A DNA stretch of 64,000 nt from Selaginella moellendorffii (lineage: Eukaryota; Plantae; Lycopodiophyta): contig NW_003314321.1 in NCBI RefSeq assembly GCF_000143415.4, forward strand, positions 310,001-374,000, in the 5' to 3' direction. Shown here one piece after another: positions 59,800-64,000 of the stretch. The notes beneath the pieces are model-generated. The model saw nothing but the letters and a program-made list of their open reading frames with translations. It was not told where the DNA came from and made no database searches. Both the position numbers and the translations under genes were made by a program. Position 1 is the first letter of the stretch, and each line of letters begins with the position of its first letter.

Positions 59800-60950
59800 A
59801 ATTTCCTTCTCATCGCAGTGTTCGTCAAAGATCCTGCGAGCTTCGGCTAGTCTCCCAGATCTCCCGAAAGAATTGACGAGAGAGGTGCGGACAAACCCGT
59901 GCGAGATAAATCCAGCCTCCATCACGAGCTCGTTCCAAAGCCCAAGAGAACTCTTCGCTAGCAGGAGCCTTGAGTAGTAACTTCGTTTGGCTGGAATCCC
60001 TCTAGTTGCATTCTTCTGTAGAGGCCACCTTGGTCGAGACTCCCGAGAAAACTCTCCGTGCTCCGTCCAAATCCCCGCACCGGCTATAAAAGTTAATCAG
60101 TGCTGCAGCTACGAAGCTGTTCGAGTCGAGTCCACAGCCCTGTAAACCCACACGGATCTCCCGTCCCTTTGACAAATCTCTCGAGCTCGAGCAAGCTTCC
60201 AAAATGGTGACGAAACTCCGCCGATTTGGAGCCGTCCCTTCCAGCAGCATTGTCCGGAAGATTTGGAAAGTGTCACTGGAACCATCCTGTTCTTGAGAGA
60301 AGGCCGAGAGAATACCGTTCCAAGTCGCTAAGTCGCGGTAAACGAGCCTATCAAACACTCTCTTGGCGAGCTCTGGACTTCCATACCTCGGGTACATCCC
60401 AACCAGTGCATTCCGGACCACAGCATTCTCGCGATCCTCCTGTGGATCCCAATCCCCAGCTCCAGATCCCTTGGAGCCTGACAGAGATTTAAGATCGTGA
60501 CGAGCGTGAAGTGGTCGGGCTTGACTCCATCTCTTTGCACTGGAAGTAGAAAATCATGGCTCATTCTTCATCACCCTGCTCGATGAATCCGGCGATCATT
60601 CTAGTCCAAGCTATCACTCCCTGCGAAGGAAGACGAGAAAAGACGTCCCTGGCGTCTTCCAGCGCGCCACATTTCAAGTACGTGTCGAGGAGCTTACCCG
60701 CGAAGAAAAAATCTCCATCGTCAAGCCTGCCATCGTCATCGCTGGAAGAGATCAGTCGATGGAGCCTCTGGACCTGCGGCAGCGCCTTGAAATGCCTGAT
60801 CCTCTCGCGATCTGGCGATGATTCCGCCGCCTCCAGAAGCGCTTCTAGGTTTCTGGCCCTCGAGGAGCGCACGACACCGGCAATGCAGCAGAAACCTAGG
60901 CCTAAGGATCTCTTCCGGCCATGCACATGCCGCCCGACACTCCATAGCAT
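59800..60950 (-). pseudogene. Frameshifted PLS-class PPR gene
   Basis: LLDTYLKCGALEDARDVF, VIAWTRMIAGF, GVKPDHFTLVTIL, RNALVGMYPRYGS and ALINFYSRCGDLDGARRVF are split across different frames and truncated. Confidence 0.85.
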
Positions 60951-61080
60951 AAACCCTAGCTAGCCGTAAGCCCTAGTTTTGAAAGTGGCGGGAATTCGAA
61001 ATCTAAAATATCGACCTTTCTATCCCGCCAATTTTCCTGGTTTAGGGTTCTGCTCTTCGGCTTTGGCGACGATTGGGGCG

Positions 61081-62080
61081 ATGTCGGGAACCTCCGGACG
61101 AGGAGTCCTACTGCAAGCGGCGGCTCTCGGATGGGCGCCTGATGCTGGATGTCGTCGGTAATATCATTCTCCTTGCTCGAATCTCATCTTCTTTTGGGCG
61201 ATCCGCAGCTTAGGCGTTGGGAATTGGTGTCTCGAATTTCCAGGAGGGAGGACTGCCAGCTCGATTGGATCTCGGCAGAACCCATACCCTCTCATGCCTC
61301 AGATCCAGTGGCTCGTGAGAGATGCTCTTGGGAATCAATCTCTAGGTAAGTTGGTTATTTTATCTCTCCCATTTCTACTTGGTTTTTCACTCAGCCAAGA
61401 TCACCAGCCTTTGCCTAACGAGGAATCGGGTCTCTACAACAACAGATACGCATTCTTCCGCGAGAACAAGACGGAACGCACTGTAATCCCCCACGTCGTG
61501 GAGAACATCACAGCGACTGTTCTGGTAACTTTTCCTCTAGACTGATGTGTTTTAACCTCACCAATACTTTTCCTCGTGTAGTTCCTTTCAGAGCGGCCAA
61601 CTTCATGGTCTTCAATCTTCCACCTCTGGGATGCTCGCCCGAGTTCCTGACCAGGTTCGCCAGGCCATGGGCTGCCTACAGTTCTTCACAACGAGCTTCT
61701 CAGAGTCACCATAGACGTGCTGCGAGCCAGCTTTGGGGACTCCGTCCGGAGGCTTATCTACGTCGCCATGGCCGCAATGGTAACCGGCATGCTATACGAT
61801 CCTCTCCTCTAATTACGAATCGTTCTTGCTTTGCTTCCAAGGTTTCAGAACGGACCAGAAGCTTGCTGCGGGACTGGAAACAACTATGATCCGCGAGTTC
61901 CCTGTGGAACGCAGGGAGTGGTCAGTGGCCTGTTCTAGGCCAAAGCACTACGTGAGCTGGGGCGGCATCCATACCACCGAGGCTTTCAGCAAGGCCGCAA
62001 TCCACTCGGTCCTTTCATCGAGCCTCAAACGCAGCTTGGGTGCCGCTTCAACTTTAGCGAGTTTTGAAGCGTTTTTGTAG
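61081..62080 (+). pseudogene. Degraded GDSL esterase/lipase
   Basis: FMVFNLPPLGCSPEFL (block after motif III) and ACSRPKHYVSWGGIHTTEA (block V with D->G). There is no intact GDS motif, and frameshifts are present. Confidence 0.8.
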
Positions 62081-62500
62081 AGTTTGCGCTGTTTGTGAAT
62101 AAAGATAATTTCCATGACAAGAACTTGTAGCTTCTACAATCACTGCACACTCTAATCAAATCCACACTTCACACACTAATCTAATGTTTCTTCTTCGCCA
62201 TCTTTCAATAGGGATATGTTGCGGCCTTGCTTCTCTTCTCTCTGTGTAATCCTTTCTGTTGAGATATATGTTGTGGCCTTGCTTCTATAGTCTCTATGTA
62301 GTCCTTTCGGTAGACATACATGTTGAGGCCTTGCTTCTCGCTTTTCTGTGTAGTCCTTTTGGCAGATATGTCTGATCCATTGCAAATTCCTTGCTTCTCG
62401 TTTTTGTGTGTAGTCCTTTCCTTGGAGATCTCCTTTCTTAGAGATGTGTTGTTGTGTAGTTCATTCTAGAGAGAGTCTTCTTCATAACCTTGTTGCACTC

Positions 62501-64000
62501 TCAATAATGATCGGAAGCCACAGCAGCATTGTAGATGAATACTTCGTCCCTGTTCCTCTCGCGGCGGCGGAGGCACGACCGCACAACCAGGAGCAGCAGG
62601 ACAAGAATAACCAACACGAGCCCCACGAGAGGAATCCACACGACCGCTGCCACTCCTGCAACCGCTGGAGCCGAGTTCCCGCCATGAGGAGGAGGAGGAA
62701 GAGCAGGGCTGATGGAGCCACTGCTGTGGCTGCCGGTAGCTGGAACGTAACCAGGCTGCCACTCTATGGTTGGATCCCAATCCCAATCCCACGTCCACGG
62801 ATTCCCTCCGCTGCTAGTTCCATCACCATTTGCGGGATGCTCGCTGGTTTGATGAGCAGGAGGTGTCTCCGAACCAGCACTCCACGGTGTAGGAGGTGGT
62901 TTGCTCCTGAAATACCAAAAACTTTTAGCAGGTGGCAAACAATGAAAAACCCATAGTACCTGAAAGGTGGCGAGCGAGCTGAAGGCGTCCTCCCGCCTGA
63001 AGGTGAGCCGCGATGTGGAGGAGCCGTGCCATGAGTTGCAGGGCGGCTGTGTGGGGGAGATTGAGGTGGCGGCCCCTTCTCCCTATGGCGACCATGATCC
63101 CTTGCTGGAGGAGGAGGAGGCGGTGCTGCTGGATGATCCCTTGCTGGAGGAGGAGGAGCCCTGTGCTCTCGACTGTGAGATGGTGGAGGATGAGGCGCCA
63201 CTGCCCGAGGAGGAGCGTTGCTTGGTGAAGCTCGCCTCGGTGGAGAATGACCCGGTGGTGGTGTATTAGCACGGGGAGCATGATGCCGTGGTTTGCTCCT
63301 GGAACATCCAACGTTAACAGGAGCCATAGAGCAATGAAAGCCATACCGTGATCGCCTCCGGTGATGAGGTCCAGAGCCACGATGTGGAGGAACATGTCCC
63401 TGCTCCCGAGGAGGAGCTGCTGGGCCGTGATGAGCTTGTGGCGGCATCCCCTTGTGGCGTCCTGGAGCATTGTTGCTGCTTGCTTGAGGAGGAGGAGCCT
63501 TGCTCTCAGATGGTGGTGCTAGCGGACGATGAGACACTGGCCGAGGAGGAGGAGGAGCCTTGCTCTCAGATGGTGGTGCTAGCGGACGATGAGACACTGG
63601 CCGAGGAGGAGGAGGAGCCTTGCTCTCAGATGGTGGTGCTAGCGGACGATGAGACACTGGCCCAGGAGGAGGAGGAGCCTTGCTCTCAGATGGTGGTGCT
63701 AGCGGACGATGAGACACTGGCCGAGGAGGAGGAGGAGCCTTGCTCTCAGATGGTGGTGCTAGCCGATGATGAGACACTCCCCGCGGAGGAGGAGGAGGAG
63801 TCTCTTGACCGTGAGCAGGTGGCAGTGGTGGCGACACTGCCCGAGGAGGATGAGGAGCCGCTTGTGGTGGCGACACGGCCCGAGGAGGATGAGGAGCCGC
63901 TCGAGAAGATCGTGGCGAGCTCGGTGGTGCCAGTGCAGATCCTGCTACTCGTGGTGACCGAGGAGAAACTGCTCGTGGAGGAGTTGCTTGCCCTGCTTGC
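62501..64000 (-). CDS. Pro/His-rich extensin-like single-pass membrane protein (5' end lies beyond the window)
   Basis: The frame is open to the window edge. An intron at ~62908-62959 joins ORF 62764-63876 to ORF 62501-62938. TM segment VAGVAAVVWIPLVGLVLVILVLLLLVV is followed by RSCLRRR and a short tail. Confidence 0.8.
63487..63790 (-). repeat. 60-bp coding tandem repeat, about 5 near-identical copies (PPPPRPVSHRPLAPPSESKA)
   Basis: Successive 60-nt lines 63481-63780 are almost identical. Confidence 0.97.

Noticed and set aside
63487-63790. Regularly spaced repeats resembling a CRISPR array
   Set aside because: Head-to-tail 60-bp coding repeats without unique spacers, in a eukaryotic gene, with no cas genes.

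Overview
Gene-dense plant nuclear DNA with very short (~50-60 nt) introns. This fits a lycophyte such as Selaginella moellendorffii, which is inferred from gene content and intron size, not from a database match. Three copies of one small non-chromodomain Ty3/Gypsy family (175-bp LTRs, 4-bp TSDs, tRNA-Ala-like PBS) are present at different stages of decay. There is also a related degenerate element and a 27-bp collapsed solo LTR. About 18 apparently intact genes are present: an Sfi1-repeat protein, GH3, a nodulin-like MFS transporter, a USP-kinase, a DnaJ-type zinc finger, TFIIIC tau95, a GT37 fucosyltransferase, a chimeric B-lectin, cyclophilin, a ZFC3H1-like protein, CGR2/3, WDR46, OGG1, a small secreted peptide, glucosylceramide synthase, a SnRK1 gamma-like protein, Era, and a Pro-rich membrane protein. 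PPR, GDSL and B3 pseudogenes and shredded local duplications also occur. Best leads: (1) a spliced 92-aa secreted peptide precursor missed by the ORF track, carrying a phytosulfokine-like DYIYSG motif (51484-51814); (2) a G_GGA_AAC slippery site plus H-type pseudoknot at the Gypsy gag-pol junction; (3) a 33-residue-period Sfi1 centrin-binding repeat protein; (4) a scrambled mosaic copy of four neighbouring genes. Splice models were read by eye and need RNA-seq confirmation.
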